A program made the translations under genes and the position numbers. From the NCBI GenBank assembly GCA_028286685.1, contig JAQBRA010000006.1, positions 1,993 to 65,992 of the forward strand: 64,000 nucleotides of DNA, read 5' to 3'. Source of the DNA: Candidatus Adlerbacteria bacterium. GTDB lineage: Bacteria; Patescibacteriota; Minisyncoccia; Phycocordibacterales; SBAW01. The notes under the pieces are model-generated. The model saw only the letters and a list, made by a program, of their open reading frames with translations. It did not search any database and was not told where the DNA came from. Of the stretch, positions 53,234 through 64,000 are shown in pieces. The number at the start of each line of letters is the position of its first letter. Positions within the stretch are counted from its first letter, which is position 1.

Positions 53234-54442
53234 ATGGAAGAACGAGACCATCGCGTCATAGGAAAAGAGCTTGACCTGTTTACCTTCTCGGACCTCGTGG
53301 GCCCCGGGCTCCCTTTATGGACCCCCAAGGGCACCACGTTCCGGGGCGAGATAGACAAATTTATCTGGGAGATGCGCGAAGCCCGCGGCTACGAGAAGGT
53401 CACTATCCCCCACATCACTAAGCGCGATCTGTACGAGACTTCCGGCCACTGGGAGAAGTTTGCCGAGGACCTCTTTAAGGTGACATCGCGCGAGGGCCGC
53501 GAGTACGCGATGAAGCCCATGAACTGCCCGCACCATACGCAGATTTTCGACCGCAAGCCGCACAGCTACCGCGATATGCCCCAGCGCTACGCCGAGACCA
53601 CCATGGTCTACCGCGACGAGCAGTCGGGCGAGCTGGGCGGGCTTACCCGCGTGCTTTCCATTACCCAGGACGACGCGCACGTATTCTGCCGCACCACGCA
53701 GGTGCGCGAGGAGTTCCTGAAAATTTGGGACATCGTCGACACATTCTACAAGCAGTTCGGCTTTACGCTGCGCGTGCGCCTCTCCTTCCGCGACCCAGCA
53801 GCGCCCGAGAAGTACCTGGGCACGCCCGAAATCTGGGACCGGGCCGAAGGCGAGCTGCGCTCGATTGCGCAAGAGCGCGGCGCCGACACCATTGAAGGCC
53901 CGGGCGAGGCGGCGCTCTACGGCCCCAAGCTCGACTTTATGGCCGCCAATGCGGCAGGCCGCGAGTGGCAGGTGGCAACGATCCAGCTCGACCTGAATAT
54001 CCCTGAGCGCTTTGATCTGACCTGCACCAACGAGAAGGGCGAGAAGGAGCGCATTGTCATGATCCATGCGGCTATTGCCGGCTCTTTGGAGCGCTGCGCG
54101 GCCATACTTATCGAGCACTATGGAGGTGCCTTCCCTACCTGGCTTTCCCCGGTGCAGGCAAAGATACTGCCTATCGGAGAGACCCATGCCGCCTTTGCAC
54201 AAGAAACGCTTGAGCGGCTCAAGGAGGCGGGCATACGCGCCGAGATAGACCAGAGCGGCGAGAGCCTGGGCAAGAAGATCCGCGAAGCGAAGACTCAGAA
54301 GGTTCCCTATCTCCTGATTATCGGCGACGCGGAGGTTGCCGCCGGCACCGCGACGCTCGAGGGCCGCGAGGGCAAGATCGGCGCGCTCCCGGTCGCTGAA
54401 ATAGCCGCCAAGCTTGCTGAAGAGATAAAGAGCCGCGCATAG
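53234..54442 (+). CDS. thrS: Threonine-tRNA ligase lacking the N-terminal TGS/editing domains
   Basis: Begins at ERDHRVIG; KPMNCP, RDEQSGEL.GLTRV, YGPKLD, HAAIAGSLER. Confidence 0.93.
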   Translation: MEERDHRVIGKELDLFTFSDLVGPGLPLWTPKGTTFRGEIDKFIWEMREARGYEKVTIPHITKRDLYETSGHWEKFAEDLFKVTSREGREYAMKPMNCPHHTQIFDRKPHSYRDMPQRYAETTMVYRDEQSGELGGLTRVLSITQDDAHVFCRTTQVREEFLKIWDIVDTFYKQFGFTLRVRLSFRDPAAPEKYLGTPEIWDRAEGELRSIAQERGADTIEGPGEAALYGPKLDFMAANAAGREWQVATIQLDLNIPERFDLTCTNEKGEKERIVMIHAAIAGSLERCAAILIEHYGGAFPTWLSPVQAKILPIGETHAAFAQETLERLKEAGIRAEIDQSGESLGKKIREAKTQKVPYLLIIGDAEVAAGTATLEGREGKIGALPVAEIAAKLAEEIKSRA

Positions 54443-54462
54443 CAAGAACAAAATAGGCAACG

Positions 54463-54490
54463 AAAAAATCCCCTTTCGGGGATTTTTTCT
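54463..54490. terminator. Bidirectional terminator
   Basis: AAAAATCCCC-TTTC-GGGGATTTTTT. Confidence 0.75.
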
Positions 54491-54526
54491 CGGGGCACTC
54501 GCGCTTAGGACAAAGCGCTTTGGCTC

Positions 54527-55489
54527 TTACTTAGAGCGCTTTGCGATCTGGGAAGCGATGAAGGGGTCAATGCCCTCTTCAACCAACGGAGCCGAGGCGG
54601 CTACGGAGTGAGTCTTGGGAGCGTGAGTAGTGTGTGCTGCGACCGAGCCGGAAGCCGTGCCGAAGAGGAAGCCGTTAAGGTAAGCGACTGCCTTGTTCTG
54701 AACGCGCTTGACGACGACGAGGTACGCTGCGCCGAGGCACCACAGTACGAGGAAGGTCCAGTAGAGAACCTCGCCCATCGGGCCCAAATCAAGACCGGTG
54801 TACGGAGCCTGGGAAAGGGTGATGTACGGAGTGGTGTTGTAAGCGATCGGGGCTACGTAGCAGTCGTTGTAGTTGTAACCCTGATTGTAGTCCTGGCCGT
54901 AGTTGTAATCGTACTCGTTGTAACCATAATCCTGCTGATTGTAGCCGTAGCCCTGGTTGTAGCTATTGCCGGACTGGCCGTAGCAATCCTGGTAACGCTC
55001 TTCCTGCTTCTTCTGGTTGTTGAAGGAGTTGCTGACCTTGACGCTATTGTCGACAATGCTGTTGTCTACATAGCTCTGGTTGCAGGAGTTGTTAACGCAG
55101 GTGTTGGTATTAACAGTCGTATTAGACTGAGCGGGAGTCTGGTAGCCCATTGCGTAACGGAATGCAGTGTTTGCTGCCGAGCCACCGAACGAAGGCATCG
55201 AGAATCCGCCACCAGTAGAACCGGAGCTGCCGTAGTCGCCGTATCCGCCAGATTCCTCGTAGGAGTCAGGGTAGTAGTTGGTCTCGGTGTCCGGGTAGTA
55301 GTTGGTCTCAGTGTCCGGGTAGTAGTTGGTGTAAGTGTCCGGGTAGTAGTTGTAACCGGAATCCATAGGGGCATCCCATACGCCGATATTATCCTCGCCA
55401 TCTGCCTTAACGAACGAGACCGGGAGGGCAAGCAACACAAGCGCTATGAGCGCGACGCTGCCGTTCCGAAGAGTGTTGAAAGTAGTCAT
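54527..55489 (-). CDS. Tyr/Asn-rich low-complexity surface protein with APYTG sorting-like motif
   Basis: Signal peptide, NYYPDTET repeats, G/Y/N/Q-rich region, LSQAPYTG plus TM. Confidence 0.75.
   Translation of the reverse strand: MTTFNTLRNGSVALIALVLLALPVSFVKADGEDNIGVWDAPMDSGYNYYPDTYTNYYPDTETNYYPDTETNYYPDSYEESGGYGDYGSSGSTGGGFSMPSFGGSAANTAFRYAMGYQTPAQSNTTVNTNTCVNNSCNQSYVDNSIVDNSVKVSNSFNNQKKQEERYQDCYGQSGNSYNQGYGYNQQDYGYNEYDYNYGQDYNQGYNYNDCYVAPIAYNTTPYITLSQAPYTGLDLGPMGEVLYWTFLVLWCLGAAYLVVVKRVQNKAVAYLNGFLFGTASGSVAAHTTHAPKTHSVAASAPLVEEGIDPFIASQIAKRSK
55265..55352 (-). repeat. 24-nt coding tandem repeat (about 3.7 copies)
   Basis: GTCCGGGTAGTAGTTGGTCTCGGT units, encoding NYYPDTET on the minus strand. 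Confidence 0.85.
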
Positions 55490-55674
55490 ATACTTGTTTT
55501 GCTTGATAATTATAAACGCTTGCACCTTAACAGCTACTAATAATTCTGTCAATACCTCACGCTCCGGGCTCAACCGACTGGTTAAGCTCAGAGAATGAGG
55601 GATTACCAAGCTTTTCAGCTGAGTAATCCCGGGTGCAAAACGGCGCGTACGCCGCTTTGCTTTGCAACCAAACC

Positions 55675-56091
55675 TCAGACCGGACCACAGATCTTTGTAC
55701 CCCGCGGATCCGGCATCTTGGTTTCCCCGTTGCAACGATAGTATTCGTTCATCGGAGCGCCGGCCGGGCGGGTGACAATTTCCTTAGGCTCGCCTTTGGG
55801 CCGCTTCGCCTCGGTGCCCGCAGGTGCCGACGGCGGAACTTGGGATTTCGCCTCGTACTTTCTGCAACTGTCGACTACCTGGTCCCATTTCTGGGACGGC
55901 AAGCTGTCGAAGTAAGAGACGATCGTCTCTTTCTTCTCCGCTCCCGTGTTGATCATATGCTTGATCTTCTGGGCGCGGTATTTGCAGAGAGTCATCACGG
56001 TTTCGAACCGCGACGGGGCTTTGGTTTGAGCATAAGCGGGAGCGGACAGGGCCGCAAACGCTACTGCCAGAATGATAAGGTACTTGTGCAT
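55675..56091 (-). CDS. Small secreted Cys-containing protein
   Basis: Signal peptide (AYA-Q), GAGGAG SD, 4 Cys. Confidence 0.6.
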   Translation of the reverse strand: MHKYLIILAVAFAALSAPAYAQTKAPSRFETVMTLCKYRAQKIKHMINTGAEKKETIVSYFDSLPSQKWDQVVDSCRKYEAKSQVPPSAPAGTEAKRPKGEPKEIVTRPAGAPMNEYYRCNGETKMPDPRGTKICGPV

Positions 56092-56240
56092 CGAGTTCTC
56101 CTCTTGGATGCGTTCCTCTCTTTCACGAGAGTCAATGTGAAAACCTTCCGAGGAAGATTTTCAATAAGATTCTAGCGAAACGTGATGCGGGGGCTCGTCT
56201 CCTTTGACGAGCCCCGCGCACTAAAGCGTGGACTTAAAGA

Positions 56241-56576
56241 TCAATCGCACCAACCGGTGCCGGTGCCAGGACCGCCGCTGGGCTGCCCGTTGGCGAAACA
56301 CCGGAACTTGTGGGCGCTTGCCGGCGGATGCTCGGTGATAATCTTCTGCGGAGCGATCGGCTTGCCGACAACCCGACGGGGTGCCAACGGCCGGTGCTGA
56401 CGAGCGTTGGGCCGATGCGCGCCGTGAGAGCGCATCGAATTGATCCCCTGGGCGAATACCGGCATCAAGCTGGCCGCAGCGTTCGCGTTTGAAGTCGAAT
56501 TCACCAGAGTCTGGGCTTCAGCCGGCGTCATTGCGATGCAAGCCAATCCCATGCACAAGGCGAGCGCTTTGATCAT
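56241..56576 (-). CDS. Small secreted protein
   Basis: Signal peptide (AEA-Q), GAGGA SD, TTGACA promoter, terminator at 56202-56240. Confidence 0.55.
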   Translation of the reverse strand: MIKALALCMGLACIAMTPAEAQTLVNSTSNANAAASLMPVFAQGINSMRSHGAHRPNARQHRPLAPRRVVGKPIAPQKIITEHPPASAHKFRCFANGQPSGGPGTGTGWCD

Positions 56577-56734
56577 GTCATCCTCTTCTTCGGTTGTGGG
56601 CGGTTCCTCTTCTTCCAAGAGGCCGCGTACTGCTGCACTGGGATTAGTATATACCATCTCTTCCCTTTTGTCAAGGGGGTTGACGGTATCCTGCTTTTTA
56701 GGCTCTGGTTGAGCCGTATTCTCCCGGCCGACCC

Positions 56735-57244
56735 TTAGGCGGCCGGGTGTCTCGGAAAATTTGCCTTGAGAGCAACCACCTCCCCTTCCAGAGAGGCGAA
56801 TTTGCCTTCCAAGACCTTAAGCATCGACAAGGGAACTTTTTCCTCAAGCTTCTTGTCGAGAGCCTTCAGCGCATCTTCGAATTTTTTAGAATCAGACTGA
56901 GGACGATCCTCGATAGCCTTAATCTGTCTGGTATTCACTTCGATCCTCTTGAAAAGATCGTTGACCTTATTCCGGGTTTCGTTCTCGCGCCTGACAATCT
57001 CATCGAGCGCGGACTTAAGTCCGTTATAGGTTGCACTTGCCCACATCTCTTCATTGTCGACAATGAACCGTGAAGCCATGACCGCAGCCATTTTGGGACT
57101 ACTGAACGTGCAGTACAGTATGACCCCCGACAAGGCGAGAAAAAACACGATAGCCGTGACAAGGAAGATTTTCCATCCCCTCTCCCAGCTACGATACTTA
57201 AACTTGACCTTGTCCCAGAATTCCGAAAGAGCTTCGGTTCTCAT
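56735..57244 (-). CDS. Membrane-anchored coiled-coil protein
   Basis: AGGAG SD, one TM, heptad-rich C-terminus. Confidence 0.65.
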   Translation of the reverse strand: MRTEALSEFWDKVKFKYRSWERGWKIFLVTAIVFFLALSGVILYCTFSSPKMAAVMASRFIVDNEEMWASATYNGLKSALDEIVRRENETRNKVNDLFKRIEVNTRQIKAIEDRPQSDSKKFEDALKALDKKLEEKVPLSMLKVLEGKFASLEGEVVALKANFPRHPAA

Positions 57245-57370
57245 GTTCTTCTCCTGCTACTGTTACCCTTGCGGGCATGTGAATGATCTTCATCTCTGCG
57301 GCTTTGTTCCGTAGAGTCATCGGCACTCCCCTCAGGAAGCAACAATGACCCCGCACAACTGCATGGCGGG

Positions 57371-57404
57371 AGTATGAACTACTCAGCTGAATTTCCCCTG
57401 AAGC
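57371..57404 (-). promoter_or_regulatory. Direct-repeat box plus -10 (candidate OmpR-family site)
   Basis: Minus strand reads GCTTCA-gggga-AATTCA-gctgagtagtt-CATACT. Confidence 0.55.
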
Positions 57405-57992
57405 TTACCGGGTGTAGGCCCCCTCAAAGTTTGCCGTTACGACGTAGCGGTCGGATTTGCTCCCGAAGTTGTCGCAAGTAACCAGACTCAGGTATTTGCC
57501 ATCTGCCGGGAGTTCTACCACATCTTCCTCTGCATTAGCAAGCCTGACCCCGACTACTTTGTAGCGATATTCGATGCCGGCCGAGTACACGCTTATAACC
57601 TGTCCGGTCTTTAGTTTCTCTATCCCGTTAAAAGTTTTATAGGCCTGATTGTTCACTATCGGCAAATGCGACGAGTGGCCGAAGATGGCGACGGTGCCGT
57701 CTTGGCCGAGCAGGGCCGAGGTGGGCCAGCGCATGGCGGCCTTATCCACAGCGGCGTTAAGCGTATCAAGGTCAGTTGATTGCGGGTTGAGCACCTCGGA
57801 ATCAAGCCCGATATCGAGCGCCACGACGCGCACCGGCAGCTCGTGCGTATCGGCGGGTATCTCCTCTGGGACAGGAACAGCCGCCTGAGTCTCGCCGCCG
57901 CGCGGCTCGGGCAAGGCGTCTACCATCGCCAAAAAGACGTAGGTCAGGCCGAACAGGAACATGAATGTAAATGCGAAAGAAAATGCGCGCAT
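57405..57992 (-). CDS. Sortase
   Basis: N-terminal TM; IFGHSS, LSLVTC, SDRYVV. Confidence 0.88.
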   Translation of the reverse strand: MRAFSFAFTFMFLFGLTYVFLAMVDALPEPRGGETQAAVPVPEEIPADTHELPVRVVALDIGLDSEVLNPQSTDLDTLNAAVDKAAMRWPTSALLGQDGTVAIFGHSSHLPIVNNQAYKTFNGIEKLKTGQVISVYSAGIEYRYKVVGVRLANAEEDVVELPADGKYLSLVTCDNFGSKSDRYVVTANFEGAYTR

Positions 57993-58061
57993 AGGGTTTA
58001 TACGGTTATACCATTTTTATAGACTATTGACAATAGCCGCCCCCATGCTATAGTGCCCGCC

Positions 58062-59018
58062 ATGGCAACCCACACAACGTTCCGCGAGAATTTCCTGCGC
58101 ATAATCGCAGTTATCGGCCTTATTGCGATCCTCCTTTTGGGCGCATGGGGCATTATCCAGCTCGCTTTTTATCTCCCGACCTTTTTTAGCAATTTTGGAA
58201 AAACCAAGGAGGCTATAACGGTTACCGTTCCTGCGCAGTCGACATCCGACAAGGCGTTTGCCCTCGGTTGGAAGCACGCTGGCAAGGACGATGCCGAGTA
58301 TTCGTACTCCGCTTCCTACTCGTGCGCCCAGGGCCTCCAGTTCGCTGCCCCGGTCCCGACCGGCGAGTATCAGCTGATACCCTGCAACACCCAGTTCAAT
58401 TATATAAACGCTACCTCGACCATGCCGGTTATCCCGGTCCTCGCCGCAGGCACCCAGAAGGCAACCACCACCCTTACCCTTACAGCTACCCGCCTTTCTG
58501 ACGGAGTAGTTTCTGTTAAGGGCACTGCCAACACGACCGTAAGCGCCAGCACTACCAGCACGACCGTTACCCCTACCACCAAGCCGGTTACCCCTAAACC
58601 TGCCGCTACCAAGCCATCCTCGAGCGCAGGAACTATCTACGTACCCTCCGGCCGCACTACCAACCTCTTCGGTTATCCGGACCTGGCCGTGCAGATTACC
58701 TCCGCGCCTCAGGCAGCAAATGTCGGCGGCCGCGTAACACTTAAGTTCTCGGTTACCAACGTAGGCACCAATGCCACCCCTGCCGGCTGGAGCTTTATCG
58801 CTCAGTTGCCGTACAACCCGGTGTACACCTACCCGTCCGGCCCGCAGCAGATGCTCTACCCGGGCGACATGATTATCTATACGCTCGGCTACGATGTTGT
58901 GCCCGCAGGCGGCCGCTACGGCACGGCACAGGCCTCCATACAGGTAGACCCGAACAACCAGATCCAAGAGACTATCGAGTACAACAACGCCGCAAACGTC
59001 ACCTACCAGGTCTACTAA
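58062..59018 (+). CDS. Membrane-anchored CARDB-domain surface protein
   Basis: TM, Thr/Pro linker, PDLAVQIT...VTNVG...VDPNNQIQETIEYNN. Confidence 0.8.
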   Translation: MATHTTFRENFLRIIAVIGLIAILLLGAWGIIQLAFYLPTFFSNFGKTKEAITVTVPAQSTSDKAFALGWKHAGKDDAEYSYSASYSCAQGLQFAAPVPTGEYQLIPCNTQFNYINATSTMPVIPVLAAGTQKATTTLTLTATRLSDGVVSVKGTANTTVSASTTSTTVTPTTKPVTPKPAATKPSSSAGTIYVPSGRTTNLFGYPDLAVQITSAPQAANVGGRVTLKFSVTNVGTNATPAGWSFIAQLPYNPVYTYPSGPQQMLYPGDMIIYTLGYDVVPAGGRYGTAQASIQVDPNNQIQETIEYNNAANVTYQVY

Positions 59019-59029
59019 AGCTCCGCAAA

Positions 59030-59064
59030 ATAAAAAACTCCCCAACCGGGGAGTTTTTTATTTT
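59030..59064. terminator. Bidirectional terminator
   Basis: ATAAAAAACTCCCC-AACC-GGGGAGTTTTTTAT. Confidence 0.8.
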
Positions 59065-59075
59065 GTCTCCATTAG

Positions 59076-61178
<2,103 letters not shown>

Positions 61179-61303
61179 TTATTATAGCAAAATAGAAGGC
61201 AATAGGAAAGCCCGAAAGTGGGTAAATATCCTTGCAAAACAACAACTTAGGCATATGCTTAGGGTAGAACTTCAGTCAATCTTCATCGACAATCGGAGGG
61301 TAC

Positions 61304-61771
61304 GTGATGAAGGCCTTGAAAGTGCTACTACTCGCAGCCAGCTTCTCTCTTCTAAGCCTGGCAACTAGCCAGGCCCAAGTGATCCGGATTGCCGACGATA
61401 ACGGAGGCTTGATCGGTCCGTACGCCGAAAAGTACCGCGCGCTTGCCCATACCGGACAGCAAGTCATTATCGACGGCCCCTGCTTGTCAGCCTGCACGCT
61501 GGTTACCGGCCTCATCCCCAGGGACCGCATCTGCGTTACCCGGCGGGCCAAACTCGGCTTCCATGCGGCATGGCGCCCCGACCAAGATGGCCACGCCGTC
61601 CACAGCAAGGCGGGAACGCAAATACTGATGGATACCTACCCGCAGAACATCCGCAGATGGATTACCCGCCGTGGCGGCCTGACGCCCAAGATGATGTATC
61701 TGGAAGGCAGGCAGCTTGCACAGATGTATCACGCCTGCCCGACGCTTGAGCAAAGGACCGCCTCGCGTTAA
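61304..61771 (+). CDS. Secreted hypothetical protein (ClpP/crotonase-like pattern)
   Basis: Signal peptide; DDNGG, IDGPCLSACTL, ICVT..A.LGFH; GGAGG SD; terminator at 61785-61816. Confidence 0.7.
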   Translation: MMKALKVLLLAASFSLLSLATSQAQVIRIADDNGGLIGPYAEKYRALAHTGQQVIIDGPCLSACTLVTGLIPRDRICVTRRAKLGFHAAWRPDQDGHAVHSKAGTQILMDTYPQNIRRWITRRGGLTPKMMYLEGRQLAQMYHACPTLEQRTASR

Positions 61772-61926
61772 GCAGGTCCTTGCCGCTATCGCCCACCCGG
61801 CGATAGCGGTTTTTTTGCAATTAAATTTGAAGCACAAAAAAAAGGGGGGTTGCCCGAAACTTGCGAATTTGCATGAATATGGTCTAATGAAATCAGAAGT
61901 AGCTGCGTGCAAACAGGAGCAACCTC

Positions 61927-62256
61927 ATGAGCGATCTCTTGCGAGATTGTGCGGGAGCGTGTCTTGCGGATACGCTGAAACAAGCTGGATTGCCGCTATG
62001 GGACTCGTCTGCCCTTGCGCTATGGAAAGTTCCGACCACGAGGCGCGGATGCCGCGTGCATCCCTATCTGGCTCCATCGTTCATGCGTTCGGCGGTACTT
62101 GCGATAAGCGACCGGGTGCCTGGCGCGGAATTCGAGGAAGTCGGATTCGCGCACGGTACCAGCCTGTTCGTCCAAGTGGACGGAGTCCGGCAGCTCGCCG
62201 CTCTCTGGAGCGAGGATGGAAATCCCATAAGTCCTTTGATGCTACAACTACAATAA
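61927..62256 (+). CDS. Hypothetical protein
   Basis: AGGAG SD; downstream hairpin at about 62289-62312. Confidence 0.45.
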   Translation: MSDLLRDCAGACLADTLKQAGLPLWDSSALALWKVPTTRRGCRVHPYLAPSFMRSAVLAISDRVPGAEFEEVGFAHGTSLFVQVDGVRQLAALWSEDGNPISPLMLQLQ

Positions 62257-62372
62257 GAATCCCGGGCCAACATCAAGCACTTGCTCGATGAAGGCCCGGG
62301 GTTTTTCTTTTCCCCAAGGTGTGCTGTAATGGGCGCAGACAGCCCGTGGGGGCTATTCGGGAGAGAGGTTCC

Positions 62373-62903
62373 ATGTTCAAGAAGCTCGTTCTTGTTACTG
62401 CCCTGCTGCTCGGCTTCGCCATGCCGGCCCTGGCCCAAAACCACACCAACGCCGTGACCGAAGCCCGGCTGCAGTCGGGCCTCCAGGATGCGCTGGGTAA
62501 CCCGGGTGAGCCGATATGCACTGCCGCGGCGTACCAAGAGGCGCAAGACAAGCACAAGATTCGCCTCGTAGGCAACTGCGTGGCAGTCTATCTCGCCGGA
62601 AGCGAAGCGGCGCGGCAAGCGCTCACGCAAAGCAACGCACCCTGTGACGATTCCTGCCTCATGCTGCGGGCCCGTGAGTTCAAGCGGTTTGGTTTCGGCG
62701 AAGTCTTGATCCATATGGCCACAGAACAGGTCGGTCCGCGCAAAGAAGTGCACCAGCGGACACTGCTGAGCGTCAAAGGGCCGGATGGCAAGATGATGTG
62801 GTTCGATCGCTACAGTGCAGAAATTAGCGATACCGCGATCAAGAAATTTACGCTGAAGTCGACCATTACGACGAATGGCGGTGTGGCCCATCACGCGCTC
62901 TGA
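62373..62903 (+). CDS. Secreted Cys-containing hypothetical protein
   Basis: Signal peptide (ALA-Q), GAGAGG SD, terminator at 62919-62955. Confidence 0.65.
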   Translation: MFKKLVLVTALLLGFAMPALAQNHTNAVTEARLQSGLQDALGNPGEPICTAAAYQEAQDKHKIRLVGNCVAVYLAGSEAARQALTQSNAPCDDSCLMLRAREFKRFGFGEVLIHMATEQVGPRKEVHQRTLLSVKGPDGKMMWFDRYSAEISDTAIKKFTLKSTITTNGGVAHHAL

Positions 62904-62955
62904 ATCGCAGGGCCAAAAATAAAATCCGCCGGTGGGCAACCGGCGGATTTTTCTT

Positions 62956-64000
62956 TTACCTGATTTCGAATCCTTGCGCCTTGAGCGTATCTGAAACTTT
63001 CCCCATCGCCTCGTTTGCCTCGGCTTCAGTCAGCGTCTTTTCAAACGATTGGAAAATAAGGCGGAACGCCAGGGATGTCCTCCCTTCTTTTGAAAACGTA
63101 TCAAACAGGCGCACGGCCGCGCACAAAGGGCCGGCCTCTGCTTTTATATTCTCCAAAACCGCCTCAGCGCTGGTGTCGGCAGGCACCCACAGGGCGATAT
63201 CGCGCACGATGTAGGGGTATTTTGAAAAGCTTTGGTAGCGCTCCGTTGTCGACAGCGGCAGCTCGTCGTACGCCTCCGGGCTTTCAGGCCCGACCAAAAG
63301 CATCTCGGTCGCCTTTTCTTTCTCGCTTACGGTGCCGAGCATTACCACCTCCTTCCCGCCCTTCCAGACCGTGCCGATCTCGAACAGCCTGACTTCCTTG
63401 AGCCCGAGCAGATCCTTGTTGGGCTTATTCCTGGCGAGCGCATCGGCAAGACCCGGCACCAAGGAGTCGCGCAAGTACGGGCGCACGCCGTCTACCTTAT
63501 TTAAGACGACGCGCTCGCCCTTGTCGGCAAACACGCTCGTAAATACTTCCGAGTAGCCTTTGCTGGTCAAATCCTCGCGTACCTTCTCAGCTGCGTAAAA
63601 GTTCTTGTTTACTTCCGGAGCGCGCTCTGCTTGGGGCAAGGGAGTGGCCGGCACTTTGTCGTAGCCCACGATGCGCGCGACCTCCTCGACCAAATCCTCG
63701 GCGATCACCAGGTCCAGCCGCTCTGCCGGGACATGCACCTCAAAGACACCGTCCTGCTCTTTGTAGGCAAAGCCCAAGCGCACGAATGCGTCGGCAATAT
63801 CGGCGCCGGTCAGCTGCGTGCCCAAAAGCCGATTGATCTTCTCGACCGTTACGGCTGCGTAGGCTTGGGGCTGCGGCTCAGGGTAAACATCGACAAAGCC
63901 GTCACACTCCCCGCCCGCGATTTCCAAAATAAGCTTGGCACAAGCGCGCATGCCGTGGGCGCACAGCTCCGGCGAGAGGACCTGCTCGAAGCGTGACGAG
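62956..64000 (-). CDS. pheT: Phenylalanine-tRNA ligase beta subunit (5' truncated by window)
   Basis: RLDLVIAEDLVEEVARIVGYD, LRDSL, LFEIG, SKYPYIVRDI, SLAFRL. Confidence 0.92.
   Translation of the reverse strand, partial: SSRFEQVLSPELCAHGMRACAKLILEIAGGECDGFVDVYPEPQPQAYAAVTVEKINRLLGTQLTGADIADAFVRLGFAYKEQDGVFEVHVPAERLDLVIAEDLVEEVARIVGYDKVPATPLPQAERAPEVNKNFYAAEKVREDLTSKGYSEVFTSVFADKGERVVLNKVDGVRPYLRDSLVPGLADALARNKPNKDLLGLKEVRLFEIGTVWKGGKEVVMLGTVSEKEKATEMLLVGPESPEAYDELPLSTTERYQSFSKYPYIVRDIALWVPADTSAEAVLENIKAEAGPLCAAVRLFDTFSKEGRTSLAFRLIFQSFEKTLTEAEANEAMGKVSDTLKAQGFEIR

Noticed and set aside
55265-55352. Possible CRISPR array
   Set aside because: The 24-nt units are contiguous and in frame, with no unique spacers and no cas genes nearby.
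57197-57319. 40-aa ORF MTLRNKAAEMK... on the minus strand downstream of the TTCA promoter
   Set aside because: It overlaps the next gene and has no distinguishing features, so it cannot be supported.

Overview
High-GC bacterial chromosome segment (genetic code 11) that looks like Patescibacteria/CPR, probably Parcubacteria. This is inferred from the compact housekeeping genes, sortases, Ser/Thr-rich surface proteins and SD-less core genes. Bases 1-16.5 kb form an envelope/secretion region: G1 glutamic peptidase, MASE1 hybrid kinase, class F sortase with a VPSTG substrate, a PAP2/DedA/GT4/SMS-like lipid cluster, an OmpR-type two-component system and Ig-like surface proteins. The rest holds a class Ic-type ribonucleotide reductase, truB, hisS, a CsoSCA-like carbonic anhydrase, dnaG-rpoD, a single fused rpoB-rpoC ORF, rpsP-khpA-trmD, rnr, a short hinge-less smc, rnc, a nusB-Nudix fusion, rpmF, rnhB, dnaE, a T-box-controlled editing-less thrS, a second sortase, gyrB and partial pheT. 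Small orphan genes are interspersed. The main observations are: (1) a repeated promoter architecture, nnTTCA-N5-nnTTCA-N11/12-(-10 box), at 8 sites, defining a candidate two-component envelope regulon that includes a probable sRNA; (2) core genes are leaderless or SD-less while orphan genes almost all carry strong Shine-Dalgarno sequences; (3) a fused RNA polymerase beta-beta' with an altered rifampicin pocket and trigger loop; (4) a Mn/Fe-type R2c; (5) a T-box riboswitch. All calls come from reading motifs by eye; no database searches were run.
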